DNA of 64,000 bases from Eubacteriales bacterium (GTDB lineage Bacteria > Bacillota > Clostridia > Oscillospirales > CAG-272). Below the pieces are notes generated by a model. The model did no database searches, was not told the origin of the DNA, and was given only the letters and a program-made list of their open reading frames with translations. Position 1 is the stretch's first letter. Every line of letters begins with the position of its first letter. The stretch spans positions 4,171 to 68,170 of the forward strand of contig JAZQGJ010000028.1 in NCBI GenBank assembly GCA_045539995.1. The letters run 5' to 3'. A program made the position numbers and the translations under genes. Below are positions 28,718-38,876 of this stretch, in pieces.

Positions 28718-29884
28718 ATGAATACAGAAAACCATATGCCCGAACGTATAGCGGTGTTAGGCTCTACAGGCTCTGTAGGCGTACAGTCGCTCGACGTTGC
28801 GAGAAGGCACAGAATAAATATAGATCTCTTGACTGCGAATAGAAGCGTCAAGCAGATAGAAGCGCAGGCAAGAGAATTTTTGCCTAAAACGTGCGTTATG
28901 GCAGACGAAAGCGCCGCCAAGGATCTGAAAATCGCGCTCGCCGATACGCCTGTAAGGGTCCTTTCGGGAGAAGACGGAATATGCGAGGCGATATCGGCAA
29001 GCTCTGCCGAAGCAGTGGTGAATTCGATACTCGGAGAGGCTGGGCTTATGCCTACCCTTTCCGTCCTTGACGCAAAAAAACGCTTGGCGCTCTCAAATAA
29101 GGAGTCGCTTGTAATAGCGGGCGACATAGTGATGAAAAAAGCCGAGCAAACGGGAGCCGAAATAATCCCCGTGGACAGTGAGCACAGCGCCATTTTTCAG
29201 TCGCTTCGAGCGTCTTCCCACAACGAGATAAAGAAAATTATTCTCACGGCGTCTGGTGGGCCCTTCTTCGGTATGACAGGGGAAGAATTGAAAAAAGTGA
29301 CTCTTTCGGACACTCTCGCCCATCCCACCTGGAAAATGGGCGCGAAAATAACGGTAGATTCCGCGAGTCTGATGAACAAGGGCTTCGAGGTCATAGAGGC
29401 GTGTCATCTTTTTGGCGTCAGCGCCGATCAGGTTGAGGTAACCGTGCACAGAGAGAGTATAATACATTCGGCAGTTGAATATATTGATAATGCGGTAATT
29501 GCGCAGATGGGAGTCCCCGATATGCGCCTTTGCGTACAGTACGCCTTGAGCTATCCCTGCAGAGTAGAGTCAAAGACAGAAAGGCTTGACCTCTTTTCTC
29601 TTGGGTGTCTCACCTTTGCCCGTCCCGATATGAAGACCTTCCCGCTGCTTTCCCTCGCATATGAGGCGATAAATGACGGCGGCGCTATGCCCGCAGTTCT
29701 GAACGCGGCGAATGAAATAGCCGTAGCAGCCTTTTTAAACGGGAAAATCAGCTTCTGCGAGATTTTTGACCTTGTGGGCGAGACCTATGAACAAATGTCG
29801 TATGCGAAAGCCTACGCTTCGCTTTCCGAAATAAAGACGTCTGACAGAGAAGCGCGAAGAATAGCCGAAAAAAAGATAAAATAA
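28718..29884 (+). CDS. dxr: 1-deoxy-D-xylulose 5-phosphate reductoisomerase
   Basis: I moved the start to the ATG at 28718 (SD aaaggagg). Contains IAVLGSTGSVG, PVDSEHSAIFQ and HPTWKMG. Confidence 0.95.
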   Translation: MNTENHMPERIAVLGSTGSVGVQSLDVARRHRINIDLLTANRSVKQIEAQAREFLPKTCVMADESAAKDLKIALADTPVRVLSGEDGICEAISASSAEAVVNSILGEAGLMPTLSVLDAKKRLALSNKESLVIAGDIVMKKAEQTGAEIIPVDSEHSAIFQSLRASSHNEIKKIILTASGGPFFGMTGEELKKVTLSDTLAHPTWKMGAKITVDSASLMNKGFEVIEACHLFGVSADQVEVTVHRESIIHSAVEYIDNAVIAQMGVPDMRLCVQYALSYPCRVESKTERLDLFSLGCLTFARPDMKTFPLLSLAYEAINDGGAMPAVLNAANEIAVAAFLNGKISFCEIFDLVGETYEQMSYAKAYASLSEIKTSDREARRIAEKKIK

Positions 29885-29897
29885 AACGGAGAAAACA

Positions 29898-30944
29898 ATG
29901 AAAGCACTCTATATTTTGCTTGCGCTTTTAGTATTCGGATTTTTGATTTTCATACATGAATTCGGACATTATATTATGGCGAGAATATTCCGCGTTAAAA
30001 TCAAGGAATTTTCTATAGGTATGGGCCCGAAGCTGATTACCTACACGTCGAAAAAGACCGAGATAAAATATTCACTCGGTATGTTCCCGATAGGCGGATA
30101 CGTAAGCATGGCGGGAGAGGACGAGGACTCTGACGACGAGAACGCCCTGTTCAGAAAGCCTGCTTGGCAGAGGCTTATTATCACCGTTGCGGGTGCTGCT
30201 ATGAATATAATTCTGGGTGTTCTTATAATGTTTATCCTTATAGGCGCAACCCCCGAAGCTATGTATAGCACGGAGGTAGACAGCATCATTTCGCGCGAAG
30301 AGGTGCCGAGAGAAAACAGCAGTGAGGACTCGGGACTTCGCGCAGGCGATAGAATTGTCGCCCTAAACGGAAAGAAAGTACGCATTTTAAGTGAGCTTGA
30401 CTATGAAATTATGAGACAGGGAATCGAGACTGTCGAGCTTACGGTTTTACGTCAGGGCGAAAAAATCAATTTGTATGCCGATTTTCCCGTCTACGTAGAA
30501 AGAAATCAGTATCTGGGCGCACGGGATTTTTATACAACGCCTGAAAAGACGACACTCGGCAACGTGATAAAGCACGGCTTTTTCCGTTCAGTGCTTACAG
30601 TACGCACAGTATGGGAATCTATTTATGATTTGATAACGGGAAGATTCGGTATTGACGCAGTGTCAGGGCCTGTAGGAGTTACCTCGCAGGTCAGTCAGGC
30701 AGCAAGCGGCGGCTTTGCCAACCTCGTTTATATAGCTATCGTTATAAGTATAAACTTGGGAGTGGTCAATCTCTTTCCCTTTCCCGCGCTCGACGGCGGA
30801 AGAACTATATTTATACTTTTTGAAATGGTGACGGGCAGACCTGTGCCGATAAAATATGAGGGAATGATACACTTTGTGGGAATAGTCATTCTTATGGCAT
30901 TTATGCTGTTTATTACTGTTAAGGATATATTATCTTTGGTATAA
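29898..30944 (+). CDS. rseP: RIP metalloprotease (site-2 protease, M50)
   Basis: 348 aa with IHEFGHYIMAR (HExxH), a PDZ-like middle and NLFPFPALDGG. Confidence 0.9.
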   Translation: MKALYILLALLVFGFLIFIHEFGHYIMARIFRVKIKEFSIGMGPKLITYTSKKTEIKYSLGMFPIGGYVSMAGEDEDSDDENALFRKPAWQRLIITVAGAAMNIILGVLIMFILIGATPEAMYSTEVDSIISREEVPRENSSEDSGLRAGDRIVALNGKKVRILSELDYEIMRQGIETVELTVLRQGEKINLYADFPVYVERNQYLGARDFYTTPEKTTLGNVIKHGFFRSVLTVRTVWESIYDLITGRFGIDAVSGPVGVTSQVSQAASGGFANLVYIAIVISINLGVVNLFPFPALDGGRTIFILFEMVTGRPVPIKYEGMIHFVGIVILMAFMLFITVKDILSLV

Positions 30945-30953
30945 GAGGAAAAA

Positions 30954-32030
30954 ATGGATTACGGTACGATAAGAAAAAAGACGAAACAAATAAAAGCCGG
31001 AAGCCTTTTGATTGGCGGAGGCGCGCCCGTCAGCGTGCAGTCTATGACAAACACCGATACGCACGACGCGGACGCGAGCTATCTGCAGGCAAAGGCGCTT
31101 TCAGACGCAGGATGCGATATACTGCGCTTAGCGGTGCCCGATACGGAGGCTTCAAAAATCTTTTATGAATTGAAAAATCGGGGAATTACTATCCCTTTAG
31201 TCGCCGACATTCATTTTGACTACAGAATCGCCCTCGAATGTGTTGCGGCAGGGGCAGACAAGATACGAATAAATCCGGGAAATATAGGAGACCGTGAGCG
31301 TGTTCGCGCGGTAGTAAACGCCTGTAAGAGCGCTTGCGTGCCTATCCGTATAGGAGTAAACAGTGGCTCTCTCGAGAAGGAAATTCTTAGAAGACACGGC
31401 AGTCCTACGCCTGAGGCGTTAGCCGAAAGCGCCCTCTATCACGCATCACTTCTCAACGAATTTGATTTCGACGATATATGTATATCCGTAAAGGCGTCAA
31501 ACGTCAGGAATATGCTTGAAGCAAATAAAATACTCAGCGAAAAAACCGACTATCCGCTTCATCTTGGAGTTACCGAGGCGGGCGGTATTCATTCGGGTAC
31601 TGTAAAAAGCGCGCTTGGAATAGGCGCTCTGCTCGCGCAGGGAATAGGCGACACCATTCGCGTTTCCCTCACAGCAGATCCCTTGTGCGAAATAAAGGCG
31701 GGAAAAGAAATTCTCTCAGCTCTCGATATGCTTGAAGATAAGGAAATAGACATAGTTTCCTGCCCCACCTGTGGAAGAACCAAGATAGACCTGATACCTC
31801 TGCTTTCGGAATTTGAGCGCGCGCTTGACGCAGAAAACCTACGCAAAAAGCCGATAAAGGTCGCGTTTATGGGCTGCGTGGTAAACGGCCCTGGAGAAGC
31901 GAGAGAGGCCGACGTTGGAATAGCGGGCGGTGTCGGAGAGGCCGTGCTGTTTAAAAAAGGCGAAATTGTCGGCAAAATCAGCGATGATAAAATAATAGAA
32001 GCTTTAATAGAAGAAATAAAAAGGATGTAA
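30954..32030 (+). CDS. ispG: 4-hydroxy-3-methylbut-2-enyl diphosphate synthase
   Basis: 358 aa with VQSMTNT, SCPTCGRT and MGCVVNGPGEA. Confidence 0.95.
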   Translation: MDYGTIRKKTKQIKAGSLLIGGGAPVSVQSMTNTDTHDADASYLQAKALSDAGCDILRLAVPDTEASKIFYELKNRGITIPLVADIHFDYRIALECVAAGADKIRINPGNIGDRERVRAVVNACKSACVPIRIGVNSGSLEKEILRRHGSPTPEALAESALYHASLLNEFDFDDICISVKASNVRNMLEANKILSEKTDYPLHLGVTEAGGIHSGTVKSALGIGALLAQGIGDTIRVSLTADPLCEIKAGKEILSALDMLEDKEIDIVSCPTCGRTKIDLIPLLSEFERALDAENLRKKPIKVAFMGCVVNGPGEAREADVGIAGGVGEAVLFKKGEIVGKISDDKIIEALIEEIKRM

Positions 32031-32034
32031 CGGA

Positions 32035-35000
32035 ATGCCCGAAAAAAGTAAAAAATTTTTTGATATATTTAAAAAATACAGTCCGACAGAGGACAAGCGA
32101 GAGCTTCTTGAAAAGGCGGAAAACGTTCGTATAAGAATACAGAAGGAGCCTTACAGAGTAGAGCTTGACGTGGATTTTGAAGAGCATCAGAGTCAGGCGT
32201 TGCTTTATGAAATAGAGGACGAGCTTCGCGTCTTTTACGACGCTCAGTCGTTCAGGATATTTCCGCATTATCCCGAAAGCGAGTTTTCACTTCGCTGTAT
32301 GAGTGAAATCTTCGACGAGGCGGCAAGAGTCGGCGCTATAACGAAGGGCTTTTTCGATGAAGCCGAGATTTTTGATAAGGGCGATATTTTAGAAATTCAA
32401 GTACCTTTTTTAGAGGGGGGCTTAGAGCTCATCGCCTCATCCTCGACGTCTGAAATAATTTCGAGAATAATAAGCTACAGATATTCTGTAAACAAAAGTA
32501 TACATATAACTCAAAGCCCCGACGCATATATTAAAAACGAGGAGAGAAGAAAAAGAATAGAAGAAGCGGCAGAAAGCATAACGAGAGAAGCTATCTTCAG
32601 GGCAAGAGAAGCTCAACAGAGCCAAAACCAGACCGTGTCAGATAACAGAGTGCATAAGGCGTCGCTTTGCGAAAGCGAGACGGCGGGAGAGCAGCTTTCG
32701 GAAAAGCTTTATAAAATGGGCACAAGTATATACTCTCTCGAGGAATCCGAGCTTGTTATGGGCGACGATCTGGGGATTAAAAACCCCGTTCTTATAGGAA
32801 ATATAAGAGAGGAAACGAGCAGAGCCGTATTTTTCGGAGATATCTTTGAAAATACGAAAAAGGACAATTTCAAGGGAGACAGAACGACGGTAACAGTGGG
32901 AGTCTCTGACGGAAGCTCGTCCATATATTTAAAAAAATCCTTCAACGTCGGTGAGGACAAGGCTATGTCCTCGTTAAAGACAGGAAAAAGCATAGCCGTT
33001 ATAGGAAAAATTTACAGAGATAAGTTCGACGGAGAGCTTGTCTGCTTGCCGCGCTGTATTTATACGGCAAAGAAAAGGCTACGTACAGACAAGGCAGAGA
33101 AGAAGCGCGTTGAGCTTCATTTACACACGAATATGTCCACGATGGACGCCATTATCCGTCCCGACGAGCTTGTAAGCACGGCTAAGAGATGGGGACACAC
33201 CTCTATTGCGGTAACGGATCACGGAACGGTTCAGGCTTTCCCCGAAATACTTAAGGTAGCGCGTAAGGAATACCCCGAGCTCAAGATATTATACGGAGTA
33301 GAGGCCTATTACGTCGACGATACCGCGAGAGCCTTTTACGGCAGTAAAATTCCCTCGTTTGACGATGAAATGGTAGTTTTCGATATAGAAACGACAGGTC
33401 TTTCTACAGTAAACTGCAAAATTACCGAGATAGGCGCGGTAAAAATAAAAAACGGCGAGGTGTTAGACACCTTCAACACCTTTGTAAACCCTGAGGTGCC
33501 CATTCCCAAGCAGATAAGCGAGCTGACTCACATTACCGACGAAATGGTGTCCGACGCGCCCAAGATAAAAGAAGCGTTGACTGCCTTTTATTCCTTTGTC
33601 GGCGACAGAATGCTCATAGCGCACAACGCTAATTTTGATACGGGCTTCATACGCGTATTTTCAGAGCAGTGCGGTCTTAAGTTTGAGAATTCATATCTCG
33701 ATACTCTCTCTCTTTCAAGATACCTTAATACCTCACTAAAGAAGCATACTCTCGACAGTATAGCCGAGCATTACGGCTTGGGTAATTTCAATCACCACAG
33801 AGCCTGCGACGACGCTGCTATGCTTGCGTCAGTGTTTTCGGTTATGCTGCGTCAGCTTAAAGAGGAGGGAATTGACGGCTTTGAGCAGATGATGGCGGTT
33901 ATGAGCGAGAAGTCGGACCCGCTTTCTCTGCGTCCTCATCATCTCATAATTTTCGCTCAGAATAAGGTAGGTCTTAAAAATCTTTACCGTCTGGTCTCGG
34001 AAAGCTATCTTACGTACTATAAGCGCAGACCGAGAATGCCGAAGAGCCTGATAGAGCGTCACAGAGAGGGCTTGATAATCGGATCAGCCTGCGAGCAGGG
34101 AGAGCTTTATCAGGCATTGCTTGACGGACGCTCGGAGAGCGACATAGACGAGATGATATCCTTTTATGACTACTTGGAGATACAGCCTCTCTGTAATAAC
34201 AGATTTCTTATATCGGAGGGAAAGGTGCCCGACGAGGAGTCTCTTAAGAATATCAACCGACGCATTATAGCGCTCGGCAATAAGCACGGAAAGCCTACCG
34301 TCGCCACCTGCGACGCTCACTTTATAAATAAAGAGGACGAGATATACCGTAAAATACTGCTTGCGGGAATGAAATTCGCCGACGCAGACAAGGATACGGG
34401 AATATATCTCAGAACGACTGAGGAAATGTTAGATGAATTTTCCTATCTGGGAGAAGAGCTTGCATATGAGGTCGTTGTCGAAAACACAAATAAAATAGCT
34501 GATAGAATAGAGCCTATTCTTCCCGTGCCCGACGGACAGTATACGCCTAAAATGGATGGCGCAGAGGAGGACCTACAGAGAATGTGCTGGGACAGAGCGC
34601 ACGACTGGTATGGCGAGAAGCTTCCCCCTCAGGTTGAGCAGAGACTTGACAGAGAGCTTACCGCTATTATCAAGCACGGCTTTGCGGTGCTTTATATGAT
34701 AGCTCAGAAGCTGGTAGCCTATAGCGAGAGCGAGGGCTATCTCGTAGGCTCAAGAGGCTCTGTCGGCTCGTCGTTTGTCGCTACGATGGCGGGAATTTCC
34801 GAGGTAAATCCTTTGCCCCCGCATTACCGTTGCCCTCAGTGTAAGCATTCGGATTTCGATATTCCTTCAGAATACGGCTCGGGCTTCGATCTGCCCGACA
34901 AATACTGCCCCGTATGTAATACTCTTATGTATGCCGACGGACACGATATTCCCTTTGAGACGTTCTTGGGCTTCTACGGAGACAAGTCCCCCGATATAGA

Positions 35001-36423
35001 CCTTAACTTCTCGGGAGACGTACAGGGAAAGGTCCATAAATACACAGAAGAGCTTTTCGGAGAGAAGCACGTTTTCAGAGCGGGTACTATAGGAACTCTT
35101 GCCGATAAGACTGCTTACGGCTACGTAGTAAAATATCTCGAAGAGAGAAACGTTTCTCTGCCTAAAGCCGAAATATCCAACATAATCACTCATTGCGCGG
35201 GCGTAAAGAAAACGACGGGACAGCACCCTGGCGGTGTTATAGTTGTGCCGAAGGAATACGAAATTTACGATTTTACACCCGTTCAGCACCCTGCGGACGA
35301 TCCTACGTCGGATATAGTAACCACTCACTTCCAGTTTTCATATCTTCACGATACGATACTTAAGCTTGATGAGCTTGGGCACGATATTCCGACAAAATAT
35401 AAGATGCTTGAGAGATATACCGACACGTCGGTTTTGGACGTAAAAATGAACGACCCCGCAGTGTACAGGCTCTTTCTTTCCTGCGATCCGCTTGGAGTTA
35501 CTGAGGAGGATATAGGATCTACTCTCGGAACCTACGGTCTGCCTGAATTCGGCACGCGCTTCGCTATAAGGATGCTTGAGGAGGCGAAGCCGAAATCCTT
35601 TGCCGACCTCTTGCAAATATCAGGTCTCTCTCACGGCACAGACGTCTGGACGGGCAACGCGCAGGACTTAATAAGAGAGGGAATATGTAATATTTCTCAG
35701 GTTATAGGATGCCGTGACAACATAATGAACGACCTGATAAGATACGGACTTGACAATTCACTATCCTTCAATATTATGGAATCCGTCCGCAAAGGAAAAG
35801 GGCTGAAACCCGAATGGGTAGATGAAATGAAAGCGCACGACGTGCCACAGTGGTATATAGACTCCTGTAAGAAGATAAAGTATATGTTCCCGAAGGCTCA
35901 CGCTGCGGCTTACGTTATGTCGGCCATCCGTCTCGGATGGTACAAGATTTATTACCCTATGCAATTCTATGCGGCATTCCTTTCGGCAGCGCCCGGAGGC
36001 TTTGATGCCGAAATCGTGTTAAAGGGTAAGAATTACATAACGTCGGTTTTAGACGATATAGACCGACGCAAAAAGGACAAAAACGAAACTGTAACGCAGA
36101 AGGAGGAAGAGCTTTATTCCACTATGCTGCTCGTACGCGAAAGCCTTGCAAGAGGAGTGCAGTATCTTCCCGTTGACCTTTATAAGTCTGACGCGAAGAA
36201 ATATCTTCCCGAAAACGGAAAAATACGCGTACCCTTTTCCTCGCTTCCGGGACTCGGCGAGGCAGCGGCGCAGAAGATAGTAGAGGCGAGAGCCGACGGA
36301 GAAATCTTCTCGGTTGACGAGCTGCGTACGCGCGCAGGACTGTCGAAGTCGGTAATTGAGCTCTTGCGCTCAAACGGGGCGCTCGACGGACTATCCGAGA
36401 CAAATCAGTTTACTTTTTTCTGA
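32035..36423 (+). CDS. polC: DNA polymerase III alpha subunit, PolC type
   Basis: 1462 aa. PHP VELHLHTNMSTMD, an inserted 3'-5' exonuclease (FDIETTGLS ... HRACDDA), and a Zn module CPQCKH...CPVC. Confidence 0.97.
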   Translation: MPEKSKKFFDIFKKYSPTEDKRELLEKAENVRIRIQKEPYRVELDVDFEEHQSQALLYEIEDELRVFYDAQSFRIFPHYPESEFSLRCMSEIFDEAARVGAITKGFFDEAEIFDKGDILEIQVPFLEGGLELIASSSTSEIISRIISYRYSVNKSIHITQSPDAYIKNEERRKRIEEAAESITREAIFRAREAQQSQNQTVSDNRVHKASLCESETAGEQLSEKLYKMGTSIYSLEESELVMGDDLGIKNPVLIGNIREETSRAVFFGDIFENTKKDNFKGDRTTVTVGVSDGSSSIYLKKSFNVGEDKAMSSLKTGKSIAVIGKIYRDKFDGELVCLPRCIYTAKKRLRTDKAEKKRVELHLHTNMSTMDAIIRPDELVSTAKRWGHTSIAVTDHGTVQAFPEILKVARKEYPELKILYGVEAYYVDDTARAFYGSKIPSFDDEMVVFDIETTGLSTVNCKITEIGAVKIKNGEVLDTFNTFVNPEVPIPKQISELTHITDEMVSDAPKIKEALTAFYSFVGDRMLIAHNANFDTGFIRVFSEQCGLKFENSYLDTLSLSRYLNTSLKKHTLDSIAEHYGLGNFNHHRACDDAAMLASVFSVMLRQLKEEGIDGFEQMMAVMSEKSDPLSLRPHHLIIFAQNKVGLKNLYRLVSESYLTYYKRRPRMPKSLIERHREGLIIGSACEQGELYQALLDGRSESDIDEMISFYDYLEIQPLCNNRFLISEGKVPDEESLKNINRRIIALGNKHGKPTVATCDAHFINKEDEIYRKILLAGMKFADADKDTGIYLRTTEEMLDEFSYLGEELAYEVVVENTNKIADRIEPILPVPDGQYTPKMDGAEEDLQRMCWDRAHDWYGEKLPPQVEQRLDRELTAIIKHGFAVLYMIAQKLVAYSESEGYLVGSRGSVGSSFVATMAGISEVNPLPPHYRCPQCKHSDFDIPSEYGSGFDLPDKYCPVCNTLMYADGHDIPFETFLGFYGDKSPDIDLNFSGDVQGKVHKYTEELFGEKHVFRAGTIGTLADKTAYGYVVKYLEERNVSLPKAEISNIITHCAGVKKTTGQHPGGVIVVPKEYEIYDFTPVQHPADDPTSDIVTTHFQFSYLHDTILKLDELGHDIPTKYKMLERYTDTSVLDVKMNDPAVYRLFLSCDPLGVTEEDIGSTLGTYGLPEFGTRFAIRMLEEAKPKSFADLLQISGLSHGTDVWTGNAQDLIREGICNISQVIGCRDNIMNDLIRYGLDNSLSFNIMESVRKGKGLKPEWVDEMKAHDVPQWYIDSCKKIKYMFPKAHAAAYVMSAIRLGWYKIYYPMQFYAAFLSAAPGGFDAEIVLKGKNYITSVLDDIDRRKKDKNETVTQKEEELYSTMLLVRESLARGVQYLPVDLYKSDAKKYLPENGKIRVPFSSLPGLGEAAAQKIVEARADGEIFSVDELRTRAGLSKSVIELLRSNGALDGLSETNQFTFF

Positions 36424-36425
36424 TT

Positions 36426-36806
36426 TTAGTTCATTATCAATAAAAGGAGCAGTAAAATCCATATGTAATCATCATTTTCGCCGTTCAACAGTAAAAGAGC
36501 TATTATAAGAACGGTGATATCAGAGCTTTCTGCCCCTTTTATTCCCAATTTTTCAAAAATCCCCGAAAGCAATCGGTTTTCCTTGTGAGAGGCGTATTCG
36601 CATTCTTTTTCGCGATTCATTGAAAAAGCCGTCTCTTCTTTAGGTAAAGAGCTTTCATATTCATTGGCTTGACCTTTCGGTATCTCTTCTGCTTTTTGCG
36701 AGCCTTCGCTTTGATTTCTCGTTGACATAGCATAGCCCGAATAATTTTCGGGGATGCTGTTGTCCTTTTGGTCGCCGTTTGGAAAGCTTGTATTTCTGAC
36801 GTACAT
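36426..36806 (-). CDS. Small protein with a polar N-terminal half and a double hydrophobic C-terminus; function unknown
   Basis: 126 aa. Its start lies 1 nt after the upstream stop. C-terminal ITVLIIALLLLNGENDDYIWILLLLLLI. Its stop is 2 nt from the polC stop. Confidence 0.55.
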   Translation of the reverse strand: MYVRNTSFPNGDQKDNSIPENYSGYAMSTRNQSEGSQKAEEIPKGQANEYESSLPKEETAFSMNREKECEYASHKENRLLSGIFEKLGIKGAESSDITVLIIALLLLNGENDDYIWILLLLLLIMN

Positions 36807-36807
36807 A

Positions 36808-37197
36808 TCATCTTATCCTTCCGACAAGTGAGATTATATCAAGCAGCTTTATAAAGAGGTCTAAAGTATCGCATTTGTTTTTACTCAAAAACGGCTTGAT
36901 AGCGAGTAAAAGTGTTTTTTCCTTGCTCTCTTGCGCGAATATGGGGGCATTATGAGGCGAAAAAGGCGGAAAAGCGTTATCCGCTTGAAAATGCGGCGGC
37001 GGTATACTGTGGACAGGGGCAGAGCCGTCGTTATGAGAAAACGCGGGAGTGTCCTCTGCTTGCGTGGTAGGCTGCTTTTGCTGACCGTTCATTACGCCGC
37101 CCAAAACCGACATCAAGGAGGAAAGCGCCGACGGATTTGACAGAAGCGTGTTCAAAATCGAGCTTAAGTCAGGTGTGTTCTGAAAATTTGCTTCCAT
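36808..37197 (-). CDS. Small protein with a Pro/Gln/His-rich centre; function unknown
   Basis: 129 aa. The junction with the upstream ORF reads TGA-n-ATG. Leu/Ser-rich ends LSSILNTLLSNPSALSSLMSVLGG and LLLAIKPFLSKNKCDTLDLFIKLLDIISLV. Confidence 0.55.
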   Translation of the reverse strand: MEANFQNTPDLSSILNTLLSNPSALSSLMSVLGGVMNGQQKQPTTQAEDTPAFSHNDGSAPVHSIPPPHFQADNAFPPFSPHNAPIFAQESKEKTLLLAIKPFLSKNKCDTLDLFIKLLDIISLVGRIR

Positions 37198-37198
37198 A

Positions 37199-37426
37199 TC
37201 ACATACCGTTTCGCTTTTTATATTCGTTTACTATGTTCATCGCCTCGTGCAGATTTGGATTCTGCGTGCTTCCGAGCGCATTTCTGAGTCGCGCAAGCTC
37301 GGCGGCGGGAGGAGTACCCTTCGGGAGATTAACGCCGTTTTGATTAGCTATCGAATTGATGGTCTGCCATAATTGTTCATCGGGCAGAGATAGCAGGGAA
37401 CGAAGCATATTGTAGTCGAATTGCAT
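37199..37426 (-). CDS. Small soluble protein; function unknown
   Basis: I moved the start to the ATG at 37426 (SD aaaggag 8 nt upstream). 75 aa: MQFDYNMLRSLLSLPDEQLWQTINSIANQNG... Confidence 0.55.
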   Translation of the reverse strand: MQFDYNMLRSLLSLPDEQLWQTINSIANQNGVNLPKGTPPAAELARLRNALGSTQNPNLHEAMNIVNEYKKRNGM

Positions 37427-37456
37427 ATATTTTCTCCTTTTTGTGTTATCAATGGC

Positions 37457-37486
37457 AGTATATGCAAGAGAAATAAAAGTTGACAA
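37457..37486 (-). promoter_or_regulatory. SigmaA-type promoter for the three small ORFs
   Basis: On the minus strand: TTGTCA (37486-37481), an 18-nt spacer, then TATACT (37462-37457). Confidence 0.5.
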
Positions 37487-37502
37487 ATGAAGGAGAAGCT
37501 AT

Positions 37503-38006
37503 ATGAAAGCCTTGATTTTTTCTGACTCGCACGGAAACATATCGGTAATGAAAAAGGTCATTGCCTCGTCTCCCGACGCAGACTGCGTTATTTTTGCGGG
37601 AGACGGTGTATCCGACGCAGAAGGGCTGCAAAACGAGTTTCCCGAAAAAATGTTTTTTTCAGTCAGGGGCAATAACGATTACCGACTTTCGCCCTATGGG
37701 TATGAGCGAGAGGGCGAGCTTCTGTTCGTTTTGGAGGGGAAGAAAATTTTTCTTACCCATGGGCACAGCTTCGGTGTCAAAAGCTCTTTAAATTCTCTTT
37801 TTTTAAAGGCGCAGAGAGACGAAATAGATTTAGTAATATTCGGGCATACGCATATACCCTATGAGGAATATAACAAGGAAAAGAGCCCCTTTTATTTCTT
37901 CAATCCGGGAAGCATCGGCTGTTACAGCGAGAATGGATATTCCTTCGGCGTATTAAATATAAATAACGGAAATATACTTCTTTCACACGGCATTTTTAAG
38001 GGGTGA
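37503..38006 (+). CDS. YfcE/MJ0936-family metallophosphoesterase
   Basis: 167 aa with MKALIFSDSHGN, GDGVSD, RGNND and FGHTHIP. Confidence 0.85.
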   Translation: MKALIFSDSHGNISVMKKVIASSPDADCVIFAGDGVSDAEGLQNEFPEKMFFSVRGNNDYRLSPYGYEREGELLFVLEGKKIFLTHGHSFGVKSSLNSLFLKAQRDEIDLVIFGHTHIPYEEYNKEKSPFYFFNPGSIGCYSENGYSFGVLNINNGNILLSHGIFKG

Positions 38007-38012
38007 CAAAGA

Positions 38013-38876
38013 ATGAATTTGCAAATTTTAGCGTCCTCGGGCGCTTTTATCGGACGGTACAACGGACGCAATCATAAAATATTTCTTTCTGAGGCAGATA
38101 AAATAGCGTCAGACGGCTTTGAATTTATGATGTACGATTCGTACTACGGCAAAATAGAAGAAATAATATCAGATTTTCGCGAAAAGAGCCTCAACGTTCC
38201 TACCTTTCACGCAGATAAATTTATAGGACAAAAAATAGGCGTCGGAGGCGAGGAAAACAGGCGCGAGGCATTTTCACTCTTTGACAAGAATTGCGAGGCA
38301 GCCCGTAAAGTCGGTGCCAAAAAGGTGATTTTACACCTTTGGAACGGACCTATCTCGGACGATAATATAGAAAACAATCTTTGCGCGCTCGGCGAGCTTA
38401 TGAAAATATCCGACTCATACGGCATGCTTCTCGCGACAGAAAACGTCGTTTGCCGTACGGGAAGCCCCATTGAGTATATAAGGCTTTTAGCGGACAGATA
38501 CCCCGACTCACTTTTTACCTTTGATACAAAAATGGCGGCATTTCACGACGAGCTTGAAAGCTCTCTTTCGGGAGAGTATCTTTCTCTGTGGCGTGAAAAA
38601 AGAATAGCGCATTTACATATAAACGATTATAACGGCTCGTACAAGGATTGGGACAATCTGAAAACAAGGCATATAGGCGAGGGGAAAATAGATTTTGATA
38701 AATTCTTTCAATTTCTTTCTTCGGTAGGCTACGAGGGAACGGCAACGCTTGAATGCAGCAGTATGGACGAGACGGGAAAAATATATCCCGAAAAAATGAG
38801 TGAAAGTATTATGAAAATAAGACGATTAAGTGAAAAATATAAGTACGGAGGAAAGAACGATGAGCCCTCGTTTTAA
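38013..38876 (+). CDS. Sugar phosphate isomerase/epimerase (xylose-isomerase-like TIM barrel)
   Basis: 287 aa. KKVILHLWNG, LATENV and AHLHINDY are consistent with the AP_endonuc_2 fold. The call is from motif memory only. Confidence 0.6.
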   Translation: MNLQILASSGAFIGRYNGRNHKIFLSEADKIASDGFEFMMYDSYYGKIEEIISDFREKSLNVPTFHADKFIGQKIGVGGEENRREAFSLFDKNCEAARKVGAKKVILHLWNGPISDDNIENNLCALGELMKISDSYGMLLATENVVCRTGSPIEYIRLLADRYPDSLFTFDTKMAAFHDELESSLSGEYLSLWREKRIAHLHINDYNGSYKDWDNLKTRHIGEGKIDFDKFFQFLSSVGYEGTATLECSSMDETGKIYPEKMSESIMKIRRLSEKYKYGGKNDEPSF

